A stretch of DNA of 64,000 nt from Octopus sinensis (GCF_006345805.1 NC_042997.1:72292001-72356000), one strand, 5' to 3'; counted from the first letter of the stretch, positions 25,812 to 40,568 are shown. The notes: generated by a model not told the origin, from the letters alone. Made by a program: numbers and translations.

Positions 25812-26989
25812 TTAAGCCTTTTATTACCAACACAACTGAGATTGGTTCAAGATATCTCTTCATATCTAAAACAAAATTCTGACATAGATTTTATTATTGC
25901 ATTAGTGAATATATACAATTCCATAATAAACAGTATCCAATGTTTTTATGACAGGAATTTAGTGTTCAAATATTACGGATATTTATTCACCATATTTGTT
26001 TCACCTTACATATACAGTGACCAGCGATGTGTAACAACATCTGATAGTCTGGTTGGTCATGCGAACACTATATATATATATATATATACATACACGCACG
26101 CACACATTCATACTCGTTCAATCCTTTCTACAACATTGTACCTTTTTGTAAAATGGATACCAGCTTTAGTTTCTGTAGTAGCAATTCTGAATCAGGATTT
26201 CAAAGTTAGATTAAACAGTTGCAAATGAAAGAGCCAATAAGCTTGATAACCACATGAACTCCAAATTGGAATAGTTCTGATTTTGGCAGATGAATTGGCT
26301 CTGATATTGATAGTGAAAAAGTGAAAGTGAGAATGCTATAATTCTGATTATCAAGTAAAGTAAAACATTGAAAAACCACTCTCTTCAAAATCTTTCAGAA
26401 GAACTGGACCAAATCACTGAACTCTGAATAAACCAAAAGCCACTGACTATTTCCTTTTATTTATGCAGAGTTAGTTATTCTAGGGCAAACCAATATGCAG
26501 AATAAAAACAAGGAAAGAAAAGGGCACTTATGGATTCCTATATGATAATTTAGTCATAAACATAATAATAACATATTGGTGACCCCTATATTTCAAGTAT
26601 GACACAAACAGGATTTTAAAAGCTTATTTTCTTAAATATGACCCTAGCAGTCCTAAGTCTTATTTTAAGTCCCCTTCTGGACACTATATAAAGGACATTT
26701 AAGTCCTATTATAAACCACAGAATATATAAACCATAGGCAAAATAACAATAAAATATTAAGGGTGAATACATTGCTGTTAAAATGTGCCCAAATGGGTAG
26801 TAAAAGTATGGAAGGCATAGGCATTATTACTGCAAAACAAACAAAAATAACTTTTTAACAACTTTTTAGTTTTCACACTTGTAGAGGACTTAGAAGATGT
26901 GACAACATACAGTGTGATAGGTAAATTTTCACCATCTTATATTTTTAATTTCACACATGGGCATTGTTTGTTTCTGATTTTGTAGACTA

Positions 26990-27430
26990 CACAGTATTGT
27001 AGAGTCAGTCAGGCACTGTCTGTGAGAAGAACAGCACCATGATGCAATTCACTCTGTCAGAAATTTGGAAACGACATGCTGTACTGCTTGGCATTCATGC
27101 TGGAAGCTCCAATATGAATATTTCAGAGTGATTGGGTGTCAATCTGAAGACAGTGCAGAGGATTCAGAAAGAGTTGGATGAGTCTAATGGTAATTACAAA
27201 GATACAGCAACTTGGAAAACTCACTCTGATCATTCTGATAAGAAAAGAACTCCTGAGTTTGTTGGTGAGATACAGACCATGGATTGACTATGAGCCTTCC
27301 AACCCCAAAACATGTACTAAGAGTGATGAAAATAAAACATCCAGTCAACATCATGGTGTTTGGAGTGATCACAAGTGATGGCAATGTTATGCCTCCATTC
27401 ATTGCTCCACACAGCCTCAGACTCTTCATG
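26990..27430 (+). mobile_element. Tc1/mariner (maT-like) fragment
   Basis: Shares KHPVNIMVFGVITSDGNVMPPFI sequence with 38200-38290. Confidence 0.6.
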
Positions 27431-27569
27431 TAGTAAACTAAGCCTGAACAAGATGGCTTTCTGTTACACGCTTGAAAAACTTAAAGTTGCATGGAGTCAA
27501 ATGAAACTGTTTTAAATAATAATACATGTAACTCCTGCTAAATGTGTTAAGTACCTTTTTCATTCATAT

Positions 27570-28090
27570 ATCCACACAGTCACATCAACTTCAGTGCTCA
27601 AATAGTACTTTATTTTACTGTCCCTGAAAGGATGAAAGGCAAAATCAACCACAGTAGAATTTGAACTCAGAATATTAAGAGCCAGAAGAAATGCTGCTAA
27701 GCATTTTGTTAGCTCGCTGCCTTAATAATAATATCTAACACAGATATAAAGCCAAAAAGTTTTGAGGATAAATACAATTGATTTGATTGCCTCCAGTACT
27801 TGACTCATACTTATTCTATTAATCTCAGAAGGATGAAAGCAATCAACTCCAACAGAATTTGAACTCAGAATATAAAAGAATGAGACTAAACACAATGCAC
27901 CTTGTTCAACGTTGTTAATTCTACTATTTATTCTCACAAGGGATCAGTTGATTCTATGAAGCCCAGCATTTGACCTGTACTTCATCAATCTCATGAAAGA
28001 TGAATGGTAAAATTAATCTCTGCAGGATTTAAACTCACAATGTAAAGAACCAGAACAAATACTACGAGGTATTTAGTGTAGCAATCCAAT
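27570..28090 (-). mobile_element. Cluster of three tRNA-derived SINE family C copies
   Basis: Repeated GTACTT..TTT....CC.GAAAGGATGAAAGGCAAA.TCAACC..GAATTTGAACTCAGAA; the reverse strand has B box GAGTTCAAAT. Confidence 0.75.
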
Positions 28091-28099
28091 AATTCTTTC

Positions 28100-28940
28100 T
28101 TTCAACCATCCACTTATTCTGCCCAATATTCCTGGGAGAGTGGTAATAGGGGATAGAGTCCTCAGGGAGCTTCCTCTATAGAATCCTATCAGAAGCAACT
28201 GTCATAAACCTTTCAGGCTGGATTCCTAAGCATGACTATGGATATTATCCAACAATCTTATTCATAGTTGACCTCTAAGTGTCCAATCAGTTGGCTCAGT
28301 TTGAAGAGTCTGTCATGCAATTCTTTCCTTTGACACTCTAATGGCATATTCATAGTATGGGAGCAGTGATCCCTCAATGCAGAGTAATAGCTTGGCCTGG
28401 GGAGACTCTCTGATCACTACGATACACTCCCTATCAAGTAATGTTATTCCAGAGATCCTGTCACATGTATTCTTAATTGCATGTTTTCAATCATTACCCA
28501 ACATTCAGAGCCATAGGTGAAGATAGGCATGAAAAACAAATTGAAGAGAACAAGTTTGGCTTTTTTTAATCAATCTTTCCTTTTCTGAGGATAGAATTCT
28601 GAAGCTGGTCCACTACTGTGCCAACACCTGCAATTCTAGCATCAAGTTCAGCTTCCTGCTTCCCATCAATCATAAATACAGCTCAGAGATTCTTAAGCTT
28701 CTGGGAAGACTTTCTTGAGAGGAACAATGTATCAGTCTTCACAACACTACCACTAATCCATTCGGTGCATGCTGGAGATCACCTTCAGATGAGCCAGGTA
28801 GTACCATGTTGTCCACAAATATCAGCTGACCAATCACTGATTGTGATACCACTTCTACAACAGTTGTGCATATCAATCAAATTTATAAAAGTTATAAAAA
28901 GAAGAGGCAACAATATGTCCTTCTACTGATGTCCAACATC
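28100..28940 (-). mobile_element. Decayed RTE-clade RT C-terminal region
   Basis: Minus strand KAKLVLFNLFFMPIFTYGSECWVM and AELDARIAG (cf. LxYGxExW and EIDxRI). Confidence 0.7.
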
Positions 28941-29545
28941 CATATTGAAAGGTTTCAACTTAGCACCACTTAAACACAAACATTCATAACAATGAATGGA
29001 GGCATAACATTGCCATCACTTGTGATCACTCCAAACACCATAGAGACTTCATGGCAAACCAAAAGTTGACCACTAATCTCAAACTTTTGCAGAATTAGAA
29101 CTCAGAACATGAAGACAACATAGTTACATACTATTTTTCAAGGTCTGCAAAGCAAGCATACACCTCTTGGAGATATTTCCACAATTTCTCAAAGGCCTAC
29201 TGAAGATTAAATCATTTGGTTGGTTGTGCTGCATCCAGGAAAGCCACATTGTTCTTCAGTTGGTTTGAGCTTGAAAATTTCACATTTTTCTTCAAGACAC
29301 CTAGTGTAGATGTTACTAGAAAGGCTCAGCAAGGAGATGCCTCTCTAATTAAAAAAACTCTCTCATGTTTCCCTTTTTAAAAATTGTGATTATTGCTCTG
29401 GAAAGCAATTGCTTTGGTGTCTCTCCAGACCAAGTCATCCAGAATACACAAATCAGCCTGAGAAAAATTTCTCTATTTAAAGCTTTTAACATCTCAGGCT
29501 AAATTTCATCCTCCCCAATGGCTTTGCCATATTTGAGCCTGCCAA

Positions 29546-29580
<35 letters not shown>

Positions 29581-29584
29581 AATG

Positions 29585-30245
29585 TGTCAGGATTATAAAA
29601 TCAAATCTGCTGACAAATGGTACAAGCACCACCCTAAGGCTCTAACTGAGGGAGAAAATATTATGATTCTTAGGGACTTTTCAGTATGTAGAGAATAGAC
29701 CATCACAGCAAATAAACCAGATATTGTTGTGAAAGACCAAAACAATAAAGTCTGTTTATTATTGATTGACACAAGCATATCCTGTGACCATAATATCTTG
29801 GCAAAAGAATTTAAGCTCAGAAAATATATAGATTTGCTAATTGAAATCAAAAAGCTGTGGCATTTCAAGACAGTTACAATACCAGTGATTGTAGGAGCAC
29901 TTGAAATGATCAAAAAAGGAACTGAAAATTATTTAAGAATGATTCCTAGCTTACCACCCTTGTAATAAGTGCAGAAGATTGTCTTAACTGGTTCATCACA
30001 CATACTGAGAAGAGCCCTGTCACTGTGAATTTTATTTCCTTTTTTTTCCCTTTATTTTTTTGTTTACTTAATTTTTTATTTCTTCCTTTTTCTGTCTTTC
30101 TTCCCCTTTTTCTCTGTCACATGACTTTGTAAATGAAGAATCTGGTGTGTTTATTTTAATGGCCTACCAATGTATACAGTGAGTTTCCCTGCCCTAGGTG
30201 TCAGGAAGACATTCAGCAATAAATGGAAACAGAATTGAATGAAGA
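29585..30245 (+). mobile_element. 3' end of a restriction-like-endonuclease non-LTR retrotransposon (R4/Dong-like)
   Basis: TITANKPDIVVKD...CLLLIDTSISCDHNILAKE...KY.DL..EIKKLW...TIPVIVGAL (PD-(D/E)xK RLE); (AAT)n on both flanks. Confidence 0.8.
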
Positions 30246-30249
30246 TAAT

Positions 30250-30698
30250 AATAATAATAATTTCAAATTTTGGCAAAAGGCCAGCAGTTTCAGGGGAGAG
30301 AGTAAGTTGATTACACCGACCCCAGTACTCAGCTGGTACTTATATTATCAACCCCAAAAGGATAAAAGGCAAAGTCAGCCTTGGCACAATTAGAAACCAG
30401 AACATGAAGACAGATGAAATACCACTAAGCATTTCGCCTGGAATGCTAACAGTTCTACCAACTTGCTGCCTTAGCAGCAGCAGTAGTAGTAATCTGTTCT
30501 ACTAAGGTCACAAATTTTGGGAGGAAGGCTACTCAATTACATTGACCCCAGTGCTCAACTGGTACTTATTTTGTCAATTCCAGAAGGATGAAAGGCAAAG
30601 TCAACCTCAGCAGAATTTGAACTTGGAATGTAAAAACAGATGAAATACCACTAAGCATTTTGTCCAGCATGGTGATGATTTTGCCAGTTTGCTGCCTT
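30250..30698 (-). mobile_element. Two tandem SINE family C copies
   Basis: Same signature as 27570-28090. Confidence 0.8.
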
Positions 30699-30699
30699 A

Positions 30700-31870
30700 T
30701 AATGAGCGTTATGTCCATCTGTTCCCTCTTCATGATCAAATAGCTGGACTAGTGGTCATGATGTTTTTCAGGATTACAAAGGAGGTGATCAGGAAGGATT
30801 TTAGTGAAAAAATGTGAACAAGTATGATATTTAGTGGATATTGAGTTTTGTATTAATAAATCACATTTGATTTTTTTTTTTTTGTTAAAATTCCGGCAAT
30901 GAGGATTAACTATGAACTTCCCCCATGTATAGTTCGTGAATTTAGAAGGTTTGAATTTGCAATACTATCTCTTTATTTCCCATCGTAGATGGGCAGATTT
31001 GCTATCTTACTATAATGGGCATTATGTCTGTCTCTTTGTCTGTTCCCTCTTCACGACCAGACGGCTGGACCTATGGTTACAATATTTTTCAGGATTATGA
31101 AGGAGATTGTCAGGAAGGTTTTTTGCATTAAAAAATCAGAAAATATGATTATTTCATGGACATCGATTTTTGAATTGATAAAGCACCTTCACATTTTTAT
31201 TAAAAATTCACTGAACACGAGTTAACTCTGAATTTTCATCATATAGTTCGTGGCCCCATCATAGATACAAAGGGGGTTGTGAAAACAGTTAACAGTAAAG
31301 ATAAAATAGAAAAAGTATGTGCCAGTATATAGTGTGTGTGATTATTTAGTGGTTATTGAAGTATTTCAGTCATATTATCCAATTGTCATTAAGATTATTA
31401 TTACTAGCAAATCTACACATCTACAATGGAGGTATAAAATTAGGAACGGAAGTCATAACAGCAGTATGTATTGAGAAATGTGTAAATGGACTTGATAGAT
31501 TACTGGGTGATGTCTTAGAGGATTTGAAATGGCTAATCGAAGCAGCTGTTGTTTACATTTCAGTTTTGTCAATCAAAATAACCCATGGTACCAGAACATC
31601 CAGACATTATTTACATAGAACAGCAAGAGGTAAGTTTGATCTTTTGCAACCCTAAAGATTCTGCTTGCACATTCACAGCAAACAAAGCACAGGGCCAGAC
31701 TTTAGATTGTGTAGGCGTATTTTTATACAGATGTTTACACATGGTCGATTACCCACTCCTATGTTTACACAGTTATATGTTGCTATGAGTAGAGCAATGA
31801 ACTCCAGTAATTTGGAAATTAGTGTTAACCAAACAGAAAATATCATCTACAAAGAAGTTTTGTAATCATA
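30700..31870 (+). mobile_element. Helitron remnant (PIF1-type helicase C-terminus) with a roughly 240-bp tandem duplication upstream
   Basis: FTANKAQGQTLDCVGVFL...QLYVAMSRA matches PIF1/Helitron motifs V-VI; 30710-30950 duplicated at 31030-31250. Confidence 0.75.
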
Positions 31871-32299
31871 TTGAAGTTATTGAAAGGAATATGATTTATA
31901 ATTTAAATAAAGAAATTTGTGAACTTTAAATGTATAAGAGTATAAACAAGCATAAAATAGTGTAAACAACTAAAATAAAAGTATATCTAAATAACATTGT
32001 TTTTCTTAATACTTTTTATGTAGTAGTCAAAGGAACCTCTTGTTTTCATTAAGAGTGGTCCACAACCATTCATGATACAGAGGCTAGGAGCCTGTTTCAG
32101 TTCAGTTCATCATCACATGTCACTTAGTCACAAACTCATGCCATGTAGCTGCAATAGAATGCTGTATCACCAACAATAATGTGATTTCTCTAAGACATCA
32201 CCCAGTAATCTACCAAGTCCATTTACACATTTCTCAATACATACTGCTGTTATGACTTCCCTCCCTAATTTTATGCCTCCATCGTAGATAGGTAGATTT

Positions 32300-32870
32300 G
32301 CTAGTAATAATAATCTTAATAACAATTGGATCATATGACACAAGTCTAAACTCCCATATGAGAAGAAATAGTAGGTTGCATAAGCCTACCAAAATAGCAG
32401 AAAACATAGATATTACCATTCTTTGGAACTTTAGTAGTCAAACCAATCATGCTATACAGGATAATAGATCAGATATTGTGAAAAAAATTGCATTCGCAGA
32501 ACGTGTCCACTCCAGATAAGTAACACGTCAATAAAAACATTTGAAAAGTTAAGATAATAATGACCTTGAAACAGAGGTTTCAAAAATGTAGCATCAGAGA
32601 ACAGCAATTGTACCTGTGATCATTGGCAATTTGGGAAGAATACCAAGACGCATCCTTAAACTCTAAAGTCAAATATCAGGAAACCCAAAAGTATCAGAAC
32701 TGCAAAAATTGTTCTCATGAGCACTGCCCACATCCCAAGGAAAACATTGTGAACTTGAAAATACCCGATTCTCTTAAAACTCTTTCAAAACTGAAATATT
32801 TCAAATACAACAGAATCTTAGTTTGCAGATTCTGCTCTCCTTCCAGTACGATGTATCACTACTAATCATA
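32300..32870 (+). mobile_element. Second, more decayed RLE non-LTR 3' fragment
   Basis: ITILWNFSSQTNHAIQDNRSDIV...IVPVIIG...QKYQNCKN homologous to 29585-30030. Confidence 0.65.
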
Positions 32871-32919
32871 ACACCCATAGTAAAACAACCAGCTTAATGT
32901 TGTTCTATATTTAAACAAA

Positions 32920-33122
32920 TCCTTTCTGCTATAGGCACATGACCTGAAGTAGCAAGTCAATTACATCAATACCAGTACTTGACTAATACTTAATTTATCA
33001 ACCCTGAAAGGATGAAATGCAAAGTCAACCATGGCAGAATTTGAACTCAGAACCTAAAGACAGATGAAATGCCACTATACATTTTGTCTGGCGTACTTAT
33101 AATTCCATCAGTTCACTGCCTT
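32920..33122 (-). mobile_element. SINE family C copy
   Basis: Same signature as the other family C copies. Confidence 0.75.
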
Positions 33123-36100
33123 AACCATAATAATAATTTCTAACATCTGCAGAAAGCCAAAAATTCGGAGGAGATGGGAGTAATTTAAGAAGGAAAGGCA
33201 AAGGGTTTGGAATCAGAATTCAAAGACCTGGAACAAATATTGTAAAGTATTATTTGGCCCAGTATTCTAATGATTCTCTTAAATAACGATAGTTGCTTCT
33301 AACATAGACACAATGGCTACAAATATTGGGGTAGGAAGTTCCTCGATTAAACTGACTTCAATATTTGACAGGTACTTACATCCACAAACACACATTTGGA
33401 TTACCTAAGTAAATAAAGTATTAGAAATAAATCAGAAAGCAATGAAAGTGCAAAAATCACAGAACTTAAACAGCAAAATATTTATAAACACAATTATATA
33501 TGTGCAGAGAGAAAATTGAGTGTGATTCTCTCACATGTACAAAGCCTCACATTGACAAATTATGGGAAATAAGATCAAATGGTTGCCATAAGGCTTTCAG
33601 AGGTATTTCATGAAATAACCTCATCCTGAAACTGAAACCATCTCAAGGAATCAACTCATTAGAAACTGGCCTCCACTCTCCCAGTTAAAACTGTGTGTGT
33701 GTGTGTATGCGAACGTATGCATACATGTGCAGACATGGCTGTATGGTTAAGACATTTGCTTTCTAGCAACATGGTTTCAAGATCAGTCCCGGCACATAGA
33801 ACCTTAGGCAAGTTTCTTCTACTATAGCTCTAAGCCATTGAAATCTTTATCAATGGATCTGGTAGATGGAAGCTGAGATACACACACATACATTCATGTT
33901 TGTGTGTGTGTAAGACTATTCATGCTAAATTATAATAAATACAATTTAACATTAAACTGAAGAATTACTCAATACTTTTTGTAGAGTACATAATTATATT
34001 TATACAATAACAGGAGTGACAATAACTTCAAAGTTTTGACCTTCTAGCCTTTGTCAGACTGTGATGAAGGCAAGCAGGCTAAAACTTCAGTCAATGTTAC
34101 TCTCTTCTTGTCAAAATATAATATATACATATATATGTGTAAGTGTGTATGTGTTTGTCTCTCCTTGTCTTGACATCACATGATCGCTGCAAATGAATGT
34201 CATTCAATTTCTATATTCTGTGAAAGCTTGTCTGGCCACGGTATCGGGAAGTAACTGGCCATAAAAAAGACTGTCTTAATAAACTCCATCCAGCCTATGG
34301 AAAAGTGTAGTTAAAATGTATGCTTAGCAACCAGATTTAGTTCCACTTTGCAACACCCATGAACACGTGTTTTCTATGATAGCTCCAAGTTGCCCAAAGC
34401 CTTGTGAGTGGATTTGATAGACAGAAACTGAAAGGAACCCAATCGTGTGTGTGTGTGTGCTAATGTGCATGTGTATGTATCTATTTGTCTTCCCATCACC
34501 ATCATAGAAGTTGTGCATGGATTTGATAGATAGAAATTGAAAGAACCCCCATTGTGTGTGTGTGTGTGTGCACGCGCACGTGTTTATGGGTCTACTTATC
34601 TTCCTGTCACCATCATAAAAGTTGTGTCATTCATTTGTTCTTCACTGAAAATATTTCTAGTCATGCTGTTTGTGTAAAGCTAAGGGGGAAATATTACTTT
34701 GCTTAAAAGCAGATGAGGGCTGGTTACAAGGAGAGTTTGATTTAGATGAATTTCATCAAAATCATGGAAACATCAGAAACCAGAATCAGTTGTCAAACTT
34801 ATGATTTAAGTTGTTCCAAACATTTTGCCTGGCACAATTCATTTTGAACCACTTTATCCACTGTCTTTCTTGGCTAAAATGGTAATTTGATTTAGGGGAC
34901 ATTTGGCTGCTATCTCTAGCATATTAAGCTTACATGAAGTAATTCCCATTGATTCACGTCTATTAATTTGTTGCACAAAAAATAGGATATCTTGATTTTT
35001 TTTTTTAATGTCGTTTTTTAAACTGCTTAAATTAAACATAAGTGAAATCATATATATATAAAGTTAATTCTTTAACACCCACTTTTCTGTGATTGCAAGA
35101 TATAAATGAAATAAATGAGGTAAAAACTTATTGTTTGAAATTTACGTTAGGTGAATGCATTTTTCTCCAAGTTTGCGGTAACTTGTTTAAATTCTGTTTT
35201 TATATTTAAAATAAAATAACAGTGCTCAAAGCAATATCAGGCCTCACAAGACTGGGTTGCAGGTTAATAGTTGACAGAAAACACAGGAAAAAAGATGTAA
35301 TGGGAGAATCCAAGGAGCCAAGAAAATGCAACAGATATAGTGAGAGAAGAAGAGGCTAAAAGAGGTATGTTTAGATGGGTGCTGTATATAATTAGTCAAT
35401 TAAGAAAAGTAGAGACAAAGGGAGGAGACAAAGAGGTTAGTACAACTTATACACCAAAATTATCTATTCATAATTGTCTTTATTCACAAAAGAATTGAAA
35501 CAGTTCCAAACCAAACAAAATTGTAAATACTATGAGAGGTTTCTTTTCAGAGCCTCATCTTATAGATATTTCATCAACTGAAAACTACTTCTTTCAGAAG
35601 TTACTACATACTTAGATCAAAATACTGATTACATAAAGTAATCATGTATGCATAAAGTAGCAAGGCTGGCATGAAAGTGTATTCTGAAAAAGTGTCAATG
35701 AACACCAATAAGCATTCAGATCATAACTATTTTATGTAAATTGCAACCAAAAAAACAAAAAAAAATTTTTTTATGGATTTTAATACTGTCTTCTTGACAA
35801 GTTTAATCATTCCAAGTTGATAAACTTTGTTTTAAAAGAAACCAGCTAATTATTAACAGTACAGAGTTTGTTGTATTTTGCACCCATCTAAGAGTTTGTT
35901 GTATTATACCTGTCTTTAGGCATTTTAGTAAATAAACTTGTTTGAACTGAAATCCATTAGTTATGATTTTAAAGCAGTACCTTTGGGATAGGTACAAAAT
36001 CACATTTGCAGGGAGTTGAAATAAGTGATAATGTTTATGCTACCCTTAAAAACAATTTGTAGCATAGATGAAATAGTTTTAACTGTGAATCTAAACCATG

Positions 36101-38059
36101 TCACAAACTAGTTGGAGCTTAACATGTGCTCAACAGATCACAAGATTTCAACATACTTATACAAATTTCATTTTATGAGGCCCACTCACAGTATAAGGAC
36201 AAATCCAAATGTTTTTTTTTCAAACTTACTTTATAAAACGTCATATTGAGAAAATTATTTAGGTCCTTGATTAACATGAGATTAAACACATTAGCTTTTT
36301 TTATTTTTATTAAATCTATTATTTCACATCAATAATTTATAAACAATGGCATTATTTCTATTACAAAAAATATTGAAGGAAAGAATGTAAGAGAAAGAAA
36401 TGAACCATTTTATTTGTAAGACTGAATAAAAAATCAAAAGTGCCATCTCACTACCACACATATGTGTTTACCACGTACATTTGAGAACATAAACTGTCCC
36501 ACCTTTCGATATTACATTCCATTCTTATAGAATGATTCCCATTTCCTTTTGAGTTAGGTAGTATTTTACAGAAAAGAAAATAAGCAGCATATCTTTTGAA
36601 AGAAGCAATTAAAATTTATATATATATATATATGATTCATGCTGTTGAGAGCCATAACCAAAAAATCTCATTACCAAACAAAAAGTTGTTAGAATTTAAT
36701 ACATGACAAAGGTTTAGTAATTTACTTTGGAAAAAAATCAAAAATGCAAATGATTCTTATTTTTAATACTGACATCTTTTGGCTTGGCATAAGGCCAATT
36801 TTTGTGAAGAATAGCATGGTCAACTAAACTGATTGTAATATACCACCAGTTCTGTTGAATCAATCCTGGTGGACAATTTAGACATAACTGAATAACCTTG
36901 TCCAGTGTAGTACAATCAGTTGAAAAAAAAAAGAACTGAAGTCATTTTAAAAAATTATTTCAAGGTCTACATTTTACAATTCCTTTTCTCTGTAACTTTG
37001 TAATCAATTTCTCTGAAATTCATGAGAAACATTAAATATATGAAGCTTGTTTCCCTAGAATCAGTAGGGATCAACACAAACTGATGAGCATGTGTGCATT
37101 GGTTTAAAATACAGAATACATAGTCTTTATTCTTTCAACATATCTGTCAATTATCTGCTACCAATCAGTCTTTTCTGATAATAGAAACAGGATTCAGAGA
37201 TCAATGATTCTGAATGGGTTAGAGATAGATGATCAAGAACCCTATGATAGCAAAAATTACTTCTCATCAAATCCAGCTGATTTTTTTTATTAATTTATTC
37301 TTTCGTTTTACTTTCTTTTTTTTTTAATTATTTCTTGCGCACACACCCACAAGTCTATCACACAAGCATGAAATGATGGACAAAGATGACCGATATTTAC
37401 TTGTGGATTTCAAGGTGACAACAGCAACCAATGTTACTGAAAAAACAAATGAAAACCTTTTTAGTTCAACAACTGTTAAAATAAAAAAATGTTTAAAATA
37501 ATATTGAATCTGAAATATGAGTTAGTAGAGTTAGAAGGAACAAAAGCAACAGAAAGCTGAATTGAAAAAAATAAAGGAAGAAAACAGAAAAGAAAAGAAA
37601 ACAACAACTGTCAGGCCATGGAAGAAAGAAATGCAAACAAGGATACAGACTCAACAAAAGCAAGTAAGTAGAGAGAAGAGGAATGAAAATATAAACCTTC
37701 AGAGAAAAGTAAACCCACCACCCTTAAATATACAAACTGAACTGAAACAGGTGATGATAACAATTTAGTTCACTGACAAGCAAGCACAAATTTTTAAACA
37801 ACAAAACATTCTTTCTAAAAAGAGGGGTTATGTACAATTTCAGTCTTCTTTGGTTCATTACTGTATTTTCCATTACCAATACATATAAGAATTTTCACCC
37901 AGTATAAAAATTATCACCCATTTACAATACATACATGTATGTATGTCTGGTAGACGCACAATATAAAAGAGTTGCTTTGATGCAGGTCCGAGGAAATGTC
38001 ACTGTGATGCCTAAAACATCAAACATTATGTAGGACAAGAGGAAAGACTGCGCTACAAA

Positions 38060-38790
38060 GCTTTTGAACAAACTCAAGCATCCCCTCCAACCAAACATGC
38101 TTTGATTTTTCTCAGATGACAAAAATTTCTGCCAGGATCAGATGGTGAACACACAGAACAACCATTGGCTTGCTGTGTCCCCAAAACATGTACTAAGAGT
38201 GATAAAAATCAAACATTCAGTCAACATCATGGTGTTTGGAGTGATCACTAGTGATGGCAACGTTATGCATGCATTGATCTTTCCACACAGCCACACACTC
38301 AACACGGAGTGCTGGAGGAGGCAGTGCTGCCCTGGGTCAAGAGGGTAGCTGCTATGTCTGGCAACAGGACTCAGCACCATCCCACACAAGCAGGAGAACC
38401 CAGTCACAGCTGTCAGACAATTTCTGCGACCACATCACCCCTAACATCTAGCCACCTAACTCCCCAGGCTGCAACCCCCCTTAATTATTATGTGTGGGGT
38501 GCAGTTGAGTGAGAGACCAACAAAACTCCTTGTAACAACAAAGATGAATTGAAGGAGAGGATTATGGCAGCATTCACCAACTTAAACAAAGAGACCATCC
38601 AGAAGAGTTACAGGAGATTCCGAAGTTGTCTGGAGTCCATAGTTGAAGCCAATGGTGATTTTAATGAATAAATTTACTCTTTAGTATTTCAAGATACTTT
38701 TATGTAATTTTGCTAAATATATCTGTTAAAATGAAATGTCAGTGTTATTTTCATTTTTGCATAATTTAGACAATTTATTCACCACACCTT
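38060..38790 (+). mobile_element. Tc1/mariner (maT/DD37D-like) 3' half
   Basis: VNIMVFGVITSDG, LEEAVLPWVKRVA, PNSPGCNPLNYYVWGAVE; terminal AATTTATTCACCACACCTTG-TG-TA. Confidence 0.7.
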
Positions 38791-38941
38791 GTGTATACAC
38801 ACACACGTGTAAGTAGGGAAAAGAATGAAAAAGGCACTCAACACATTTAGCAGGAGTTACATGTATTATTATTTAAAACAGTTTCATTTGAATCCATGTA
38901 ACTTTAAGTTTCACAGGCCTGTAACAGAAAGCCATCTTCAA

Positions 38942-39305
38942 GCTTAGTTTACTAAATGAAGAAACACAAGAAGTCAGGATGACTACTGAAAAATGGGCTG
39001 CTATCGGTGAAGGTGAGACACAAGGCCTTCTTGGAGATAAGTTCAGCAATACTGGGACCCTAGGTTCATTAGAAAGGAGAATTCCTTGGATCATGTGGCT
39101 GGACAAAAAGCTGACAATGTTTTGGAGTCTGGGAAACTCCTGTCCAGCCATGTGACCCAAGGAATTCTCCTTCCTAATGAACTTGGTGTCACTGTATTAC
39201 TAAACTTACCTCTAAGAAGACCATGTGTCTCAACTTGACCAATAGCAACCCATTTTCCAGTAGCCATCTTGAACTTCTTGTGTTTCTGCATTTGGTAGTT
39301 TAAGC
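38942..39305. repeat. Old fold-back (about 165-bp arms, roughly 80% identical, 35-nt spacer)
   Basis: 38942-39105 versus reverse complement of 39141-39305, mostly transition differences. Confidence 0.85.
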
Positions 39306-39390
39306 CCAAACAAAGCAAGTCTCCATTACAAGCGCATGAAATTTTAGGCTGCATGGAGCCAAATCAATTTGTTTTAAATAATATATGTAC

Positions 39391-39429
<39 letters not shown>

Positions 39430-40124
39430 TACACACACGCATATACATTATATACACACACATTATACACACATACACACACACACACACACATTCATTC
39501 CCATCAACATTCTTCTTTTGCAATATCCTGCCACTTACATTATGACATTCGAACCTCAAGGGCACTTGCAACCATCTATATCTCTCTCTTCCTTTACTTT
39601 CATTTATATTCTCTTGTAAGTGTGCCCAGCAATTTGCAGCCATCTCTATCCTGCTGTCTCCCATTATCTCTCTCCTTCTCCTGTTCTTCCTTTAGGTTGG
39701 GTAACCACGCTTCTGTCTTCATTCCTGATCTTTCTCGCTCTCCAGTCAGGTAACCTTGTATCTCCTCTACAACAAGACATGTTTTGGCCTCTCTGTCTCA
39801 CTATAAACTTTCATCATCTGACTCAAGATTACTTCCTCCAATACCCTCTCTCATCTTAAAAGATTTTTTTTTTCTGTCTTGCAAGGTATGTGGTGACCCT
39901 GTCACTGCAGGTGTGACTTAAAAAGCATCCAATCCACACTGTGAAGTAGTTGGCATTTGGAAGGGCATCCAGCTGTAAAAACTTTGCCAATACTGACCTT
40001 GCTGTGTGTGTGTGTGTATGTATATATATATACATACATACACATATCCATATATATAAATATATACATATATCCATACATATAAATATATACATATATC
40101 CATACATATATATACACATATCCG

Positions 40125-40159
<35 letters not shown>

Positions 40160-40164
40160 TATAT

Positions 40165-40403
40165 ATCGTAAAAAGCACCATCCGTCCGTAGCCGTTTGCC
40201 AGCTCCGTCTGGCACCTGTGCAGGTGGCACGTAAAAAGCACCCACTACACTCACAGAGTGGTTGGCGTTAGGAAGGGCATCCAGCCGTAGAAACACTGCC
40301 AGATCAGACTGGGCCTGATGCAGCCTTCAGGCTTCACAGACCCCAGTTGAACCATCCAACCCATGCTAGCATGGAAAGCGGACGCTAAATGATGATGATG
40401 ATG
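40165..40403 (+). mobile_element. Young RTE 3' tail
   Basis: CpG-rich match to 11900-12120 ending in (GAT)n. Confidence 0.85.
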
Positions 40404-40517
40404 ATATATATATATATATATATATGTATGTGTAGGTCCCGGGTTGATTCGGGGTTAACCACAGTAAATAAGGTACTCAATACATAGCAGAGTAAAATTA
40501 ATTTATTATATAGAAGG

Positions 40518-40568
40518 AGCTTCTACAGGACTAGAACTGTTTCATTCAAGAGAAATCTTCAGGAAGCT
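40518..40568 (-). ncRNA. Type I hammerhead ribozyme motif (family 2)
   Basis: Reverse complement of 42048-42098. Confidence 0.7.

Noticed and set aside
33380-33405. Candidate 25-nt exon with a GTAAGT donor
   Set aside because: The donor derives from the GGTACTTA motif of a SINE family C remnant
37401-37436. Candidate 36-nt minus-strand microexon (TTTTTTCAG...CAA/GTAAAT)
   Set aside because: Splice signals are plausible, but the peptide is unrecognisable and such signals occur by chance in AT-rich DNA; needs RNA-seq
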